From the NCBI RefSeq assembly GCF_036823965.1, contig NZ_DAITBE010000012.1:18522-82521 (forward strand): 64,000 nt of DNA. Reading direction: 5' to 3'. Every line of letters starts with the position of its first letter. Within the stretch, counting starts at the first letter, position 1. Origin of the DNA: Microbacterium sp. Its GTDB lineage: Bacteria; Actinomycetota; Actinomycetes; Actinomycetales; Microbacteriaceae. Shown here piece by piece: positions 8,952 through 18,037 of this stretch. Below the pieces are notes generated by a model, which was not told the origin of the DNA, did not search any database, and saw nothing but the letters and a program-made list of their open reading frames with translations. Made by a program: the position numbers and the translations under genes.

Positions 8952-9628
8952 GCGGCTGCCCTCACAGGAACGGCGCGGCCCGCGGAGACACGCTTCGCTG
9001 CGGTCGTCCACGGCATCAGCGCTCGCCCGATCAGCAGCAGGATCAGGTCGATCACCAGCGCGATGATCACGACCGCGACGACGCCGGCGAGCACCTCGGC
9101 GATGATGCGGCGCTCGAGTCCGTTCGTGAACAGGTAGCCGAGGTTCGTGACGCCGATCAGGATGCCGACGGTCGCCAGTGAGATCGTGCTGACCGCGGCG
9201 ACCCGGAGTCCGGCGAGGATCACGGGGCCGGCGAGCGGGAACTCGACGGCCCAGAAGCGGCGGAACGGCGCGAAGCCGGTGGCGGTGGCCGCCTGACGGA
9301 CTCCGTCGTCGACCGAGTCGAGCCCGTCCGCGACCGCCCGCACCAGGATCGCCACCGCGTAGATCGTCAGTGCGATCACGAGGTTCGTCTCACTGATCGC
9401 GGAGTAGCCCAGCGTGGCCGGCAGCAGGATCAGCAGGGCGAGCGATGGGATCGTGTAGAGCAGCCCGGTGAGCACGATGATCGGACCGCGCACGAGTCGG
9501 TAGCGCCAGGCCACCCAGCCGAGCGGCAGCGACAGCACGAACCCGAGCACGATCGGCACGATGCTCTGACGCAGGTGCACCAGCGTCAGCTCGAAGATCA
9601 GCCCGAGGTTGTCGGTGACCCAGTTCAC
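8948..9628 (-). CDS. ABC transporter permease (osmoprotectant uptake)
   Basis: 226 aa. EAA-type loop RQAATATGFAPFRRFWAVEFPLAGP. Overlaps both neighbouring genes by 4 nt. Confidence 0.85.
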   Translation of the reverse strand: MNWVTDNLGLIFELTLVHLRQSIVPIVLGFVLSLPLGWVAWRYRLVRGPIIVLTGLLYTIPSLALLILLPATLGYSAISETNLVIALTIYAVAILVRAVADGLDSVDDGVRQAATATGFAPFRRFWAVEFPLAGPVILAGLRVAAVSTISLATVGILIGVTNLGYLFTNGLERRIIAEVLAGVVAVVIIALVIDLILLLIGRALMPWTTAAKRVSAGRAVPVRAAA

Positions 9629-10485
9629 GCCGGTCCGTCCTGCCCGGCGGTCGTGGCTGCATCCGTCACGGGTTCTGCGATGATCGCGCCCTGCGTGCGC
9701 CCCTCGGAGTCGACGACCACGGTGCCGTGCGGCGTCTCCTTCAGGCGCAGCGCGCGGCGGCCGCGGTCCGCGCCGATGAACGCTGCCACGAAGTCATCCG
9801 CGGGGTTCTCGATGATCTCGCTCGGGCTGCCGACCTGCACGACCCGCGCACCCTTGTCGAGGATGACGACCTGGTCGCCGAGCAGGAACGCCTCGTCGAT
9901 GTCGTGCGTGACGAACACGACCGTCTTGTCGAGCTCGTGCTGCAGTCGCAGCGTCTCCTGCTGCAGGTCGGCGCGGACGATCGGGTCGACGGCGCCGAAG
10001 GGCTCGTCCATGAGCAGGATGTTCGGGTCGGCGGCGAGGCCGCGCGCGACACCGACGCGCTGCTGCTGGCCACCGGAGAGCTGGCTCGGGTAGCGATCGG
10101 CGAGCGCCTGGTCGAGGCCGACCGTGTCGAGCAGGGTGCGGGCCCGCTTGTGGGCCTCAGGCTTCTTCACGCCCGTGAGGCGGAGCACGGTGGCGACGTT
10201 GTCGATGACCGAGAAGTGCGGCATCAGGCCGGAGTTCTGCATCACGTAGCCGATGCGCCGACGCAACTGCACCGGGTCGCCGACCAGGACGTTCTCGCCG
10301 TCGATCTCGATGTCCCCCGAGGTCGGCTCGACCATGCGGTTGATCATGCGCAGCAATGTGGTCTTGCCGCAGCCGGAGGAGCCGACGAAGACCGTGGTCT
10401 TGCGTGACGGGAGCACCAGGCTGAAGTCGTCGACGGCGACGGTCCCGTCGGGGAACTGCTTGGTGACGTTGCGGAATTCGATCAT
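9625..10485 (-). CDS. ABC transporter ATP-binding protein (YehX/OpuCA-like, without tandem CBS domains)
   Basis: Walker A GSSGCGKTT, signature LSGGQQQRVGVARGL, Walker B ILLMDEPFGAVD. GGAGA lies upstream of the ATG. Confidence 0.9.
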   Translation of the reverse strand: MIEFRNVTKQFPDGTVAVDDFSLVLPSRKTTVFVGSSGCGKTTLLRMINRMVEPTSGDIEIDGENVLVGDPVQLRRRIGYVMQNSGLMPHFSVIDNVATVLRLTGVKKPEAHKRARTLLDTVGLDQALADRYPSQLSGGQQQRVGVARGLAADPNILLMDEPFGAVDPIVRADLQQETLRLQHELDKTVVFVTHDIDEAFLLGDQVVILDKGARVVQVGSPSEIIENPADDFVAAFIGADRGRRALRLKETPHGTVVVDSEGRTQGAIIAEPVTDAATTAGQDGPA

Positions 10486-10549
10486 GGCTGGTCTCCGGTC
10501 GGTCGGTCGACGAGTCGTGCGTCAGCGCCGCGACTGCGGCAGACGGAGG

Positions 10550-10852
10550 TCACTGCGCGATCTCGACACTCGGGTCGAAGGCGACGTAGCCGGAGAAGTC
10601 CGTGCCGACGCGGTCGAACGCGGAGGGATAGGGGGTCGGATACGACCAGGCGAGATCCTTGTGGAGCGTGTCGTCGACCTGGATCGAGAAGTACTGGGCA
10701 TCGCCCTTCCAGGGGCATCGGTAGGCGGTGGGGCTCTCGACGAGCGCGCCCGGGGTGATCGATGCGGGCGGGAAATACCAGTTCCCCTCGATCTTCACGA
10801 GATCGCCCTCTGCTGCATCGGCGATGACGGTTCCTGCGAGTACAGCCTTCAT
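10550..10852 (-). CDS. DUF427 domain protein
   Basis: Track ORF trimmed to Met42 (MKAVLAGTVIADA) with GAGGAGG upstream. NWYFPP and YRCPWKGDAQYF are typical of DUF427. Confidence 0.7.
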   Translation of the reverse strand: MKAVLAGTVIADAAEGDLVKIEGNWYFPPASITPGALVESPTAYRCPWKGDAQYFSIQVDDTLHKDLAWSYPTPYPSAFDRVGTDFSGYVAFDPSVEIAQ

Positions 10853-11059
10853 GGTCCTGCCTCCTCGGATTCGGGTATGAGCGTATAAGAGGTCGACGAC
10901 ATTCACGTCGGGGTTGCGCGACGTGCCGTCAATGTGAGAAACAATCCGTTCGATCATCCGAGCGCGCAGGAGCATCCTGCACGTCCACCAGCTGTTCGGG
11001 GCGGATGCCGGATCGGATGCCGCGTCGCAGCATCCGATCCCGCGACCGCCCGTGCCGGA

Positions 11060-12499
11060 TCATGCCGAGTTCCGTCCGTAGCCCTCCAGCAGTCGCAGCC
11101 AGACCTCGCTCACCGTCGGATACGAGGGCACCGCGTGCCAGAGCCGCGCGATCGGGACCTCGCCGACGACCGCGATGGTCGCGGCGTGCACGAGCTCGGC
11201 GACTTCCGGTCCGACGAAGGTCGCGCCGAGCACGATGTCGCGCTCGGTGTCGACGACCAGGCGGGCCTGCCCCGCGTAGCCGTCCTCGTACAGGCTCGAG
11301 CCGGCGATCGCGCCGAGGTCGTAGTCGACGACCTCGATCGTGCGGCCCGCCTCGCGCGCCGCGCTCTCGGTGAGCCCGACCGATGCGACCTCCGGGATCG
11401 AGAACGTCACCTGCGGCACGGCGGCGTGATCCGCCGTCGCGACGTGACGACCCCAGGGGGCGTCATCCACGTCGTCGCCGTTCGCCCGGGCGACGATCAC
11501 ATCGCCGACCGCGCGCGCCTGGTACTTGCCCTGATGCGTGAGGAGCACCCGTCCGTTCACGTCGCCGACCGCGTACAGCCACTCGGAACCGGAGACGCGG
11601 AGCGTGTCATCCGTCTCGATCCACGTACCAGGCGTGAGCCCGACGCGCTCGAGCCCGATGTCGCCGCTCCGCGGGGACCGCCCGGTGGCGGCCAGCACCT
11701 CGGCCGCGACGATCGTCGACCCGTCGGCGAGGGTGACCGTGACGCCGTCCGTGCCACGGTGCACCGAGGTGGTGCCGGTGCCGGTGTGCACCTCGACGCC
11801 GAGCTCGCGCAGGCCGGCGGTGACGAGCTCGCCGGCGAAGGGCTCCATCGAGCCGAGCAGGGAACCGCGGGCGATCAGCGTGACCGTCGATCCGAGGGCC
11901 GCGTACGCCGTCGCCATCTCGACCGCGACGACTCCGCCGCCGATGATCGCGAGCGAGTCCGGGAGCTCTTCCGCGCTGGTGGCCTCGCGGCTCGTCCACG
12001 GCGAGGACTCGCGCAGTCCGTCGATCGGCGGGATCACGGCATCCGACCCCGTGCTGATCGCGACCGCGTGCCTGGCGCGCAGCACGCGCGTGCCGCCATC
12101 GGCGTCGGTGACCGTGACCTCGCGCTCACCGGTCAGTCGGCCATGCCCGCGGGCGAGGTCGATGCCGGCGGAGTCGAGCCACTTCACCTGACCGTCATCC
12201 GACCAGTTGCTCGTGAAGGAGTCGCGACGCTCGAACACGGCCCGCACGTCGAGCGTGCCGGTCACCGCCTCCTTCGAACCGGCGACGTGCTGCGCCGCCC
12301 GCAACGCCTGCGCCGAACGCAGCAGCGCCTTCGACGGCATGCACGCCCAGTACGAGCACTCCCCGCCGACGAGCTCGCTCTCGACGATGATGGCGGTCAA
12401 CCCGCCCTGCACCGCGCGATCGGCGACGTTCTCTCCGACGGGACCTGCGCCCACGACGATCAGGTCGTACTCGTTCGTCTTCTCAGCAGTCATGTCCAT
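11060..12499 (-). CDS. class I pyridine nucleotide-disulfide oxidoreductase (dihydrolipoyl dehydrogenase / mycothione reductase family)
   Basis: Track ORF 11060..12889 trimmed to Met131 (MDMTAEKTNEYDLIVVGAGPVG). Redox-active CxxxxC (GGECSYWACMPSK). C-terminal HAVPSYPTVSE motif. Confidence 0.85.
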   Translation of the reverse strand: MDMTAEKTNEYDLIVVGAGPVGENVADRAVQGGLTAIIVESELVGGECSYWACMPSKALLRSAQALRAAQHVAGSKEAVTGTLDVRAVFERRDSFTSNWSDDGQVKWLDSAGIDLARGHGRLTGEREVTVTDADGGTRVLRARHAVAISTGSDAVIPPIDGLRESSPWTSREATSAEELPDSLAIIGGGVVAVEMATAYAALGSTVTLIARGSLLGSMEPFAGELVTAGLRELGVEVHTGTGTTSVHRGTDGVTVTLADGSTIVAAEVLAATGRSPRSGDIGLERVGLTPGTWIETDDTLRVSGSEWLYAVGDVNGRVLLTHQGKYQARAVGDVIVARANGDDVDDAPWGRHVATADHAAVPQVTFSIPEVASVGLTESAAREAGRTIEVVDYDLGAIAGSSLYEDGYAGQARLVVDTERDIVLGATFVGPEVAELVHAATIAVVGEVPIARLWHAVPSYPTVSEVWLRLLEGYGRNSA

Positions 12500-12546
12500 A
12501 GCCTCTCGTCGCCGGCCGCCATGTTCAAGAGCAACGCCGGATGACG

Positions 12547-12663
12547 GGCCGGATGTTCCCGGCGCGCCGGGGCGGATGTGTCGGTCGCGCGGCGGATGTC
12601 TCGGTCGCGGGGCGGATGTGTCGGTCGCGGGGCGGCCGACGTCTCGGTCGCGGGGCGGATGCC
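12547..12663. repeat. about 5.5 copies of a 20-bp tandem repeat (GGCGGATGTGTCGGTCGCGG)
   Basis: Units at 12571-12590, 12591-12610, 12611-12630 and 12631-12653 (23 bp variant), with a partial unit at 12654-12663 and a degenerate leading unit at 12547-12570. Units are contiguous with no spacers. The array lies 48 nt upstream of the oxidoreductase start. Confidence 0.85.
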
Positions 12664-12703
12664 AAGGGCAGCGGGGCCCGGTCCCGCCGTGACCTCGCCC
12701 GCG

Positions 12704-12891
12704 ACGTGCAGGAGCATCCGCGGGTCGCAGGAAGAATCGCCGCGAATCGCTCCTGCATCCGGCCATTCCTCCTGCACGTCGCAGGGAGATGTTCCGGATG
12801 CAGGGAGGATCCTCGGCATCCGTCCTGCAACCTGCACATCTCCCTGCATGGCGCACGGGATCCGGGCATCGTGTGCGGGATCCGGGCATCG
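12704..12891. repeat. cluster of nested inverted repeats plus a 20-bp direct duplication
   Basis: ACGTGCAGGAG (12704-12714) pairs with CTCCTGCACGT (12769-12779). GCAGGGAG (12781-12788) pairs with CTCCCTGC (12840-12847). CGGGATCCGGGCATCG occurs twice (12856-12871 and 12876-12891). Confidence 0.75.
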
Positions 12892-12919
12892 AGGGATGCC
12901 GGGACGGATGCGGGGGCGG

Positions 12920-14356
12920 CTACCCCGCCGCCGGGTCCCCGACCGTCGGCGCGCCCGTCTCGGCGACCGCGCTCTCCGCGGCTGCGCACTTCGGCGCGAG
13001 CCGGGGTGCCAGTCCGGCAGCTGCGAGGCCGATCACGGCGGCGAGCGTGAACACAGCGGTGAACGGATCGGCGACCGTCGCGAGGCTCGCGAACAGCACA
13101 CCGGTGATCGCGAGCGCCAGCGCGCTGCCGAACGAGTCGGCGACCGTCATGGCGGAGCTGTTGAAGCCCTGCGTCTCGGGCGTCGACATCGCCAGGGTCA
13201 GGGCGCTCGTGCGCGGGCTCATCAGACCCATGCCGACGCCGGCGACGATCCAGGCGGCGATGATCAGTGCGGCATCCGCCTGGAGTGCCGCAGTCGCGAG
13301 CGCCAGGCCGATCCCGATGAGCACGAGCACCGTGCCGATGCGCACCGCCGTGACGCTCGACAGCCGCGCGCCCATCCGGCCCTGCACGGTCGCAGCCACC
13401 GACCACGCGAGGGCGCCGCCCGTCAACGACAGCCCGGCGAGGGTGGGCGAGACGGCGTAGCGTTCGGTGAGCAGATACGGGATGTACACCTGCGCACCGA
13501 AGAACGCGGCGGCCGCGAGCCCGCGCACCAGGATGACGGCGGGCAGTCCACGACGGGCACGCAGGGTTCCGCGCGGCAGCAGCGGTCGCACCGCGACGAG
13601 CGCCACGACCACCGCGGCGACCGCGAGCACCGGGCCTGCACCCGGGATGTCGCCGAGCAGGTTGAGTCCGAGCACGGCGAGCGCGGCCAGCACGGACCAG
13701 CCGAGGCGTCCGAGCGCCCATGGCGTCGCGGCGTCGCCGTCGTCGTGCGCCAGGCCGCGCAGTGCCGGCACGACCATGAGCAGCGCCACGAGCACCAGCA
13801 CGACCACCCCGAGGAAGACCCAATGCCAACTCCACAGTTCGGTCACGGCACCGGCGACGGTCGGACCGATCAGCGACGGCACCACCCACGCGGCCGCGAA
13901 GCCGGCGAAGATCGCGGGATGCAACGACCGCGGATACACCCGGGCGACCACGACATAGAGCGCGACGGTCAGGGCGCCGCTGCCGAGGCCCTGTGCGAAC
14001 CGCCCGCCGACGAGCACCTCCATGGTCGGCGCGAAGCCGGCGACGAGGAGTCCGATGACGAAGATGCCGACCGAGGTGTAGAGCGGCTCGACCGGTCCTC
14101 GGCGGTCGGCCCAGTTGCCGGCGGCGACCATGCCGATCACGCCGGTCGCGAGCGGACCGGCGAAGGCCAGCGCGTACAGCCGCTCACCGTCGAGGTCGGC
14201 GCTCACGGCCGGCATCACGGTCGTCACGGCCAGGGACTCGAACGCCCCGAGGAACACGAGCGCACACGCGCCGATCGTGATCCAGAGGTACGCGCCGCTC
14301 AGGATGCCCGGCTCGTTCGCCGTCGTGGCGCGCATCTCGCCTGTTTCTGTGGTCAT
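12920..14356 (-). CDS. MFS transporter
   Basis: 478 aa with many TM helices. MFS loop motif WADRRGP and GRFAQGLGSG. Confidence 0.85.
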   Translation of the reverse strand: MTTETGEMRATTANEPGILSGAYLWITIGACALVFLGAFESLAVTTVMPAVSADLDGERLYALAFAGPLATGVIGMVAAGNWADRRGPVEPLYTSVGIFVIGLLVAGFAPTMEVLVGGRFAQGLGSGALTVALYVVVARVYPRSLHPAIFAGFAAAWVVPSLIGPTVAGAVTELWSWHWVFLGVVVLVLVALLMVVPALRGLAHDDGDAATPWALGRLGWSVLAALAVLGLNLLGDIPGAGPVLAVAAVVVALVAVRPLLPRGTLRARRGLPAVILVRGLAAAAFFGAQVYIPYLLTERYAVSPTLAGLSLTGGALAWSVAATVQGRMGARLSSVTAVRIGTVLVLIGIGLALATAALQADAALIIAAWIVAGVGMGLMSPRTSALTLAMSTPETQGFNSSAMTVADSFGSALALAITGVLFASLATVADPFTAVFTLAAVIGLAAAGLAPRLAPKCAAAESAVAETGAPTVGDPAAG

Positions 14357-14416
14357 GAGTTCGACCGTAGAACCTCAACAATGGTTGAGGTCAAGCCGGC
14401 CCTGCGGGCCCGCGGC

Positions 14417-15538
14417 TCAGCGCACGGGCAGAAAGTGCGTCGGCGTCGGCACCTGAGCCTGATGGCGGATGCCGAGGGGCGCCCCGGTGCGCTCGTCGAG
14501 GTCGAGCAGGCTGATCGTGTTCGAGCGCTGACCGGCGACCAGCAGCTTGCCCTCGTGCACGAGGTGGTGCCGCGGCCAGTCCACGCCGGAGTCGGCGAGG
14601 GCCGTCGGCTCGAGCGACTCGCCACCGCCGCGCACGCGGAGCGCTGCGATCGTGTTGCTGCCGCGCAGCGCGGTGTAGAGGAAGGCCCCGTCGCGCGTCC
14701 GGGCGAGCTCTGCGGGGAAGTCGACGCCGATCTCGGCGATCGGGCTCGCGAGCGCCACCGACACGACGTGCCAGGTGCCGTCGACGGCAGCCGCGAGCGT
14801 GAAGACCTCGCACGAGTACTCGGTCACGACGTGCAGGTGGCCGCTCGGATGCACGACCATATGCCGTGGCCCGGTGCCCTGCGGCAGCACGACCTCGTGA
14901 TCGAGGCGGAGTCCGTCGCCGGTCGGTCTCCAGATCCGCACGAGGTCGAACCCGAGGTCGGTCGTCGCGATGCGTCCGTCCGGGAGGAATGCAGCGGAGT
15001 GCGCGTGCGACGCACGGTCGGCGTCGTACGGATCGGATGCCGGTGCGCCGACGCCGGCGGGAAGCGGCGCGTCGGCAGCATCCGCCGACTCCGAACCGTC
15101 GTCCCCGAACAGCGCCGCCCGAAGCTCGGCCGCCTTGGCTGCACGGTCGCCGGCCGCAGGGACGAGTCCACCGGCGGCATCCAGTCCGATGCGCACGACG
15201 CGACCGTCGCCGTAGCAGCTGGCGATCAGCGAGTGCCCGTCGGGCGCGACCGCGAGGTGGCACACGGAGTCGCCCGCCGCGACCGGCTCGCCGAGCGGCG
15301 CCAGCGTCTGCTCGCCGGAGCGCGCGAACGCCTGCACTGCAGCATCCCCTTCGAGCGCAGCGTAGACGACGTCGAGTCGCGGATGCGCCGCCAGCCATGA
15401 GGGCGACGGCGTCCGGGTGACGGCCCCGCGATACGACAGGCTGTTCGCCTCACGTCCGGAGTCGCCGGCGAGCAGGCCGATGCCCTCGGCCTGCCCATCC
15501 ATGCCCTCGCCGTAGCCGCCGAGCCAGAACCGCGTCAT
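14417..15538 (-). CDS. lactonase, 7-bladed beta-propeller family (Pgl/YbhE-like)
   Basis: 373 aa with repeated blade-like segments (HPRLDVVYAA, GPRHMVVHPSGHLHVV, FLYTALRGSNTIA). Starts 10 nt downstream of the purA stop on the same strand. Confidence 0.7.
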   Translation of the reverse strand: MTRFWLGGYGEGMDGQAEGIGLLAGDSGREANSLSYRGAVTRTPSPSWLAAHPRLDVVYAALEGDAAVQAFARSGEQTLAPLGEPVAAGDSVCHLAVAPDGHSLIASCYGDGRVVRIGLDAAGGLVPAAGDRAAKAAELRAALFGDDGSESADAADAPLPAGVGAPASDPYDADRASHAHSAAFLPDGRIATTDLGFDLVRIWRPTGDGLRLDHEVVLPQGTGPRHMVVHPSGHLHVVTEYSCEVFTLAAAVDGTWHVVSVALASPIAEIGVDFPAELARTRDGAFLYTALRGSNTIAALRVRGGGESLEPTALADSGVDWPRHHLVHEGKLLVAGQRSNTISLLDLDERTGAPLGIRHQAQVPTPTHFLPVR

Positions 15539-15548
15539 GGCGGCGGAC

Positions 15549-16835
15549 TCAGTCGAGCAGGTCGTGGCGGACGATGACCTGGTCGCGCTCAGGGCCGACG
15601 CCGATCACCGAGATGCGGGTGTTGCTCATGCCCTCGAGCGCCAGCACGTAGTCCTGCGCGTTCTGCGGCAGGTCGTCGAAGGAGCGCGCGGTCGAGATGT
15701 CCTCGTTCCAGCCCGGGTAGTACTCCAGGATGGGCGTCGCGTGGTGGAAGTCGGTCTGGTTGACCGGCACCTCGTCGAAGCGCTCGCCGTCGACGTCGTA
15801 GGCCACGCAGACCGGGATGCGCTCGAGCCCCGTGAGGATGTCGAGCTTCGTCAGCACCAGGTCGGTGATGCCGTTGACCCGGGTCGCGTAGCGCGTGATG
15901 GGGGCGTCGTACCAGCCGACCCGGCGCGGACGGCCGGTCGTGGTGCCGAACTCGAAGCCGGCCGAGCGCAACCACTCGCCCTGCTCGTCGAACAGCTCGG
16001 TCGGGAACGGGCCGGAGCCGACACGGGTCGTGTACGCCTTGACGATGCCGACGATGCGGTCGAGCGCGCCGGGCCCGACGCCGGAGCCGGTGGATGCTCC
16101 GCCAGCCGTCGCCGACGACGAGGTCACGAACGGGTAGGTGCCGTGGTCGACGTCGAGCATGGTGGCCTGGCCGCCCTCGAACACGACGACCTCGCCGCGG
16201 TCGAGTGCCTGCGAGATGAGGTAGCCGGTGTCGGCGACCATCGGGCGCAGCCGCTCGGCGTAGGAGAGCAGGTCCTCCACGATCTCGTCGGCGGTGATGG
16301 CGCGACGGTTGAAGATCTTCACCAGCAGGTGGTTCTTCTGGTCGAGGGCGCCTTCGACCTTCTGGCGCAGGATGTTCTCGTCGAAGATGTCCTGCACGCG
16401 GATGCCGACGCGGTTGATCTTGTCGGCGTAGGCGGGTCCGATGCCGCGGCCGGTCGTGCCGATCATGCGCTTGCCGAGGAAGCGCTCGGTGACCTTGTCG
16501 AGCGTGCGGTGGTACGCCGTGATGATGTGCGCGTTGGCGCTGACGCGCAGCCGCGAGACGTCGATGCCACGGGCGGAGAGCGCCTCGAGCTCGAAGAAGA
16601 GCACCTCGAGGTCGATCACGACGCCGTTGCCGATCACCGGGTTCACGCCCGGGGAGAGGATGCCGGATGGCAGCAGGTGCAGCGCGTACTTCTCGTCGCC
16701 GACGACGACGGTGTGCCCGGCGTTGTTGCCGCCGTTGAACTTCACCACCCAGTCGGTGCGCTCACCGAGAAGATCGGTGGCCTTGCCTTTTCCTTCGTCG
16801 CCCCACTGCACGCCGACGATCACGATTCCTGGCAT
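15549..16835 (-). CDS. purA: adenylosuccinate synthase
   Basis: Track ORF trimmed to Met51 ([21 protein letters not shown]). [18 protein letters not shown] and the rest are colinear with PurA. 428 aa. Confidence 0.95.
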   Translation of the reverse strand: MPGIVIVGVQWGDEGKGKATDLLGERTDWVVKFNGGNNAGHTVVVGDEKYALHLLPSGILSPGVNPVIGNGVVIDLEVLFFELEALSARGIDVSRLRVSANAHIITAYHRTLDKVTERFLGKRMIGTTGRGIGPAYADKINRVGIRVQDIFDENILRQKVEGALDQKNHLLVKIFNRRAITADEIVEDLLSYAERLRPMVADTGYLISQALDRGEVVVFEGGQATMLDVDHGTYPFVTSSSATAGGASTGSGVGPGALDRIVGIVKAYTTRVGSGPFPTELFDEQGEWLRSAGFEFGTTTGRPRRVGWYDAPITRYATRVNGITDLVLTKLDILTGLERIPVCVAYDVDGERFDEVPVNQTDFHHATPILEYYPGWNEDISTARSFDDLPQNAQDYVLALEGMSNTRISVIGVGPERDQVIVRHDLLD

Positions 16836-16939
16836 GGGTGTCCCCCCTGCTTTCGCCGGGTTTGCACCGGCCGATGAGCTGGCCCTCTTCGGGCGCTCCC
16901 ATCCTATCGGGAGGCCTGATTGCGCCCCTTCGGTCGAGC

Positions 16940-16996
16940 TCCGGTCGCAGTTGCTGCCGCCCCAGACCCGATGAGGCGGCAGCAAGTGCGACCGGA
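16940..16996. repeat. 57-bp palindromic intergenic element (family B)
   Basis: TCCGGTCGCAGTTGCTGCCGCC, then loop CCAGACCCGATGA, then GGCGGCAGCAAGTGCGACCGGA. This is a 22-bp stem with a single G-opposite-G mismatch. A second copy lies at 32261-32321 with a related loop (CCGGCGCGGATCA). Confidence 0.8.
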
Positions 16997-17097
16997 AGTC
17001 TGGCCGGATGGCTCGGCCGCCGACGTGACGGAAAAGCGACGGATGCTGTCACTCCGGACGATCGACCGATGTCGGAGGCCGATGCGAGGATCGGAGG

Positions 17098-18030
17098 ATG
17101 TCAGAAGCCGTATCCGGCGACCCGGGCGTCCGCACCCCCGCCGCCGCCTCGAGGACGCAGGGACCCCTCGTCCTGATCGCCGCCCTGGTGACGGTCGTGC
17201 TCTGGGCATCCGCGTTCATCGGCATCCGCGGCGCGGGTCCGCACTACGACCCCGGCGCCCTGGCGCTGCTGCGCATGGCGGTCGGCAGCGTGGTGCTCGC
17301 GATCATCGCGGTGCGCCACGGCATCCGGCTTCCCGAGCGTCGGCACTGGTGGCTCATCGCCGTGTGGGGCGTCGGCTGGTTCTGCGTCTACAACCTCGCC
17401 CTCAACGCCGCAGAGCGCACGCTCGACGCGGGCACGGCTGCGATGGTGGTGAACCTCGCCCCGCTCATGGTCGTGATCTTCAGCGGGCTGTTCCTGCGCG
17501 AGGGATTCCCCAAGCCGCTGGTGATCGGCGCACCGATCGCCTTCCTCGGCGTCGTGCTGATCGGCATGAATTCGTCCACGAGCGAAGGCCCCGACATCAC
17601 CGGCCTGCTGCTCGCCCTCCTCGCCGCTGTCATGTACGCCGGCTGCACCCTGCTGCAGAAGCGCCTGCTCAGCGCCGGGACGGATGCGACGACGCTCACG
17701 TTCCTCGGCGCGGTCGCCGGGACCGTCGCCCTGCTGCCGTGGACGGGCAGCCTCATCGGCGCGCTGCAGTCCGCGCCGCTGGACGCCACCCTGTGGGTCG
17801 TCTACCTCGGCATCTTCCCCACTGCGATCGCCTTCACCACCTGGGCGTACGTGCTGCAGCGGAGCACCGCCGGTCAGACCTCGGCGACCACGTACGTCGT
17901 TCCGGCGATCGCGATCCTGATGTCCTGGGCGATCCTCGGCGAGGTGCCGACGCCGCTGATGTTCCTCGGCGGCGCACTGTGTCTCCTCGGCGTGCTGGTC
18001 ACCCGACTGCGGTGGCGAGGCCGCGGCTGA
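17098..18030 (+). CDS. EamA/DMT family transporter
   Basis: 310 aa, about 10 TM helices, two EamA-like halves. Start uncertain. Confidence 0.8.
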   Translation: MSEAVSGDPGVRTPAAASRTQGPLVLIAALVTVVLWASAFIGIRGAGPHYDPGALALLRMAVGSVVLAIIAVRHGIRLPERRHWWLIAVWGVGWFCVYNLALNAAERTLDAGTAAMVVNLAPLMVVIFSGLFLREGFPKPLVIGAPIAFLGVVLIGMNSSTSEGPDITGLLLALLAAVMYAGCTLLQKRLLSAGTDATTLTFLGAVAGTVALLPWTGSLIGALQSAPLDATLWVVYLGIFPTAIAFTTWAYVLQRSTAGQTSATTYVVPAIAILMSWAILGEVPTPLMFLGGALCLLGVLVTRLRWRGRG

Positions 18031-18037
18031 CCCCGGC

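Noticed and set aside
12547-12663. Possible CRISPR arrays at the three tandem-repeat loci (12547-12663, 29829-30050, 56449-56527).
   Set aside because: The units are 18-23 bp and directly abut each other with no unique spacers. No cas genes are present in the window. They are tandem repeats, not CRISPR.
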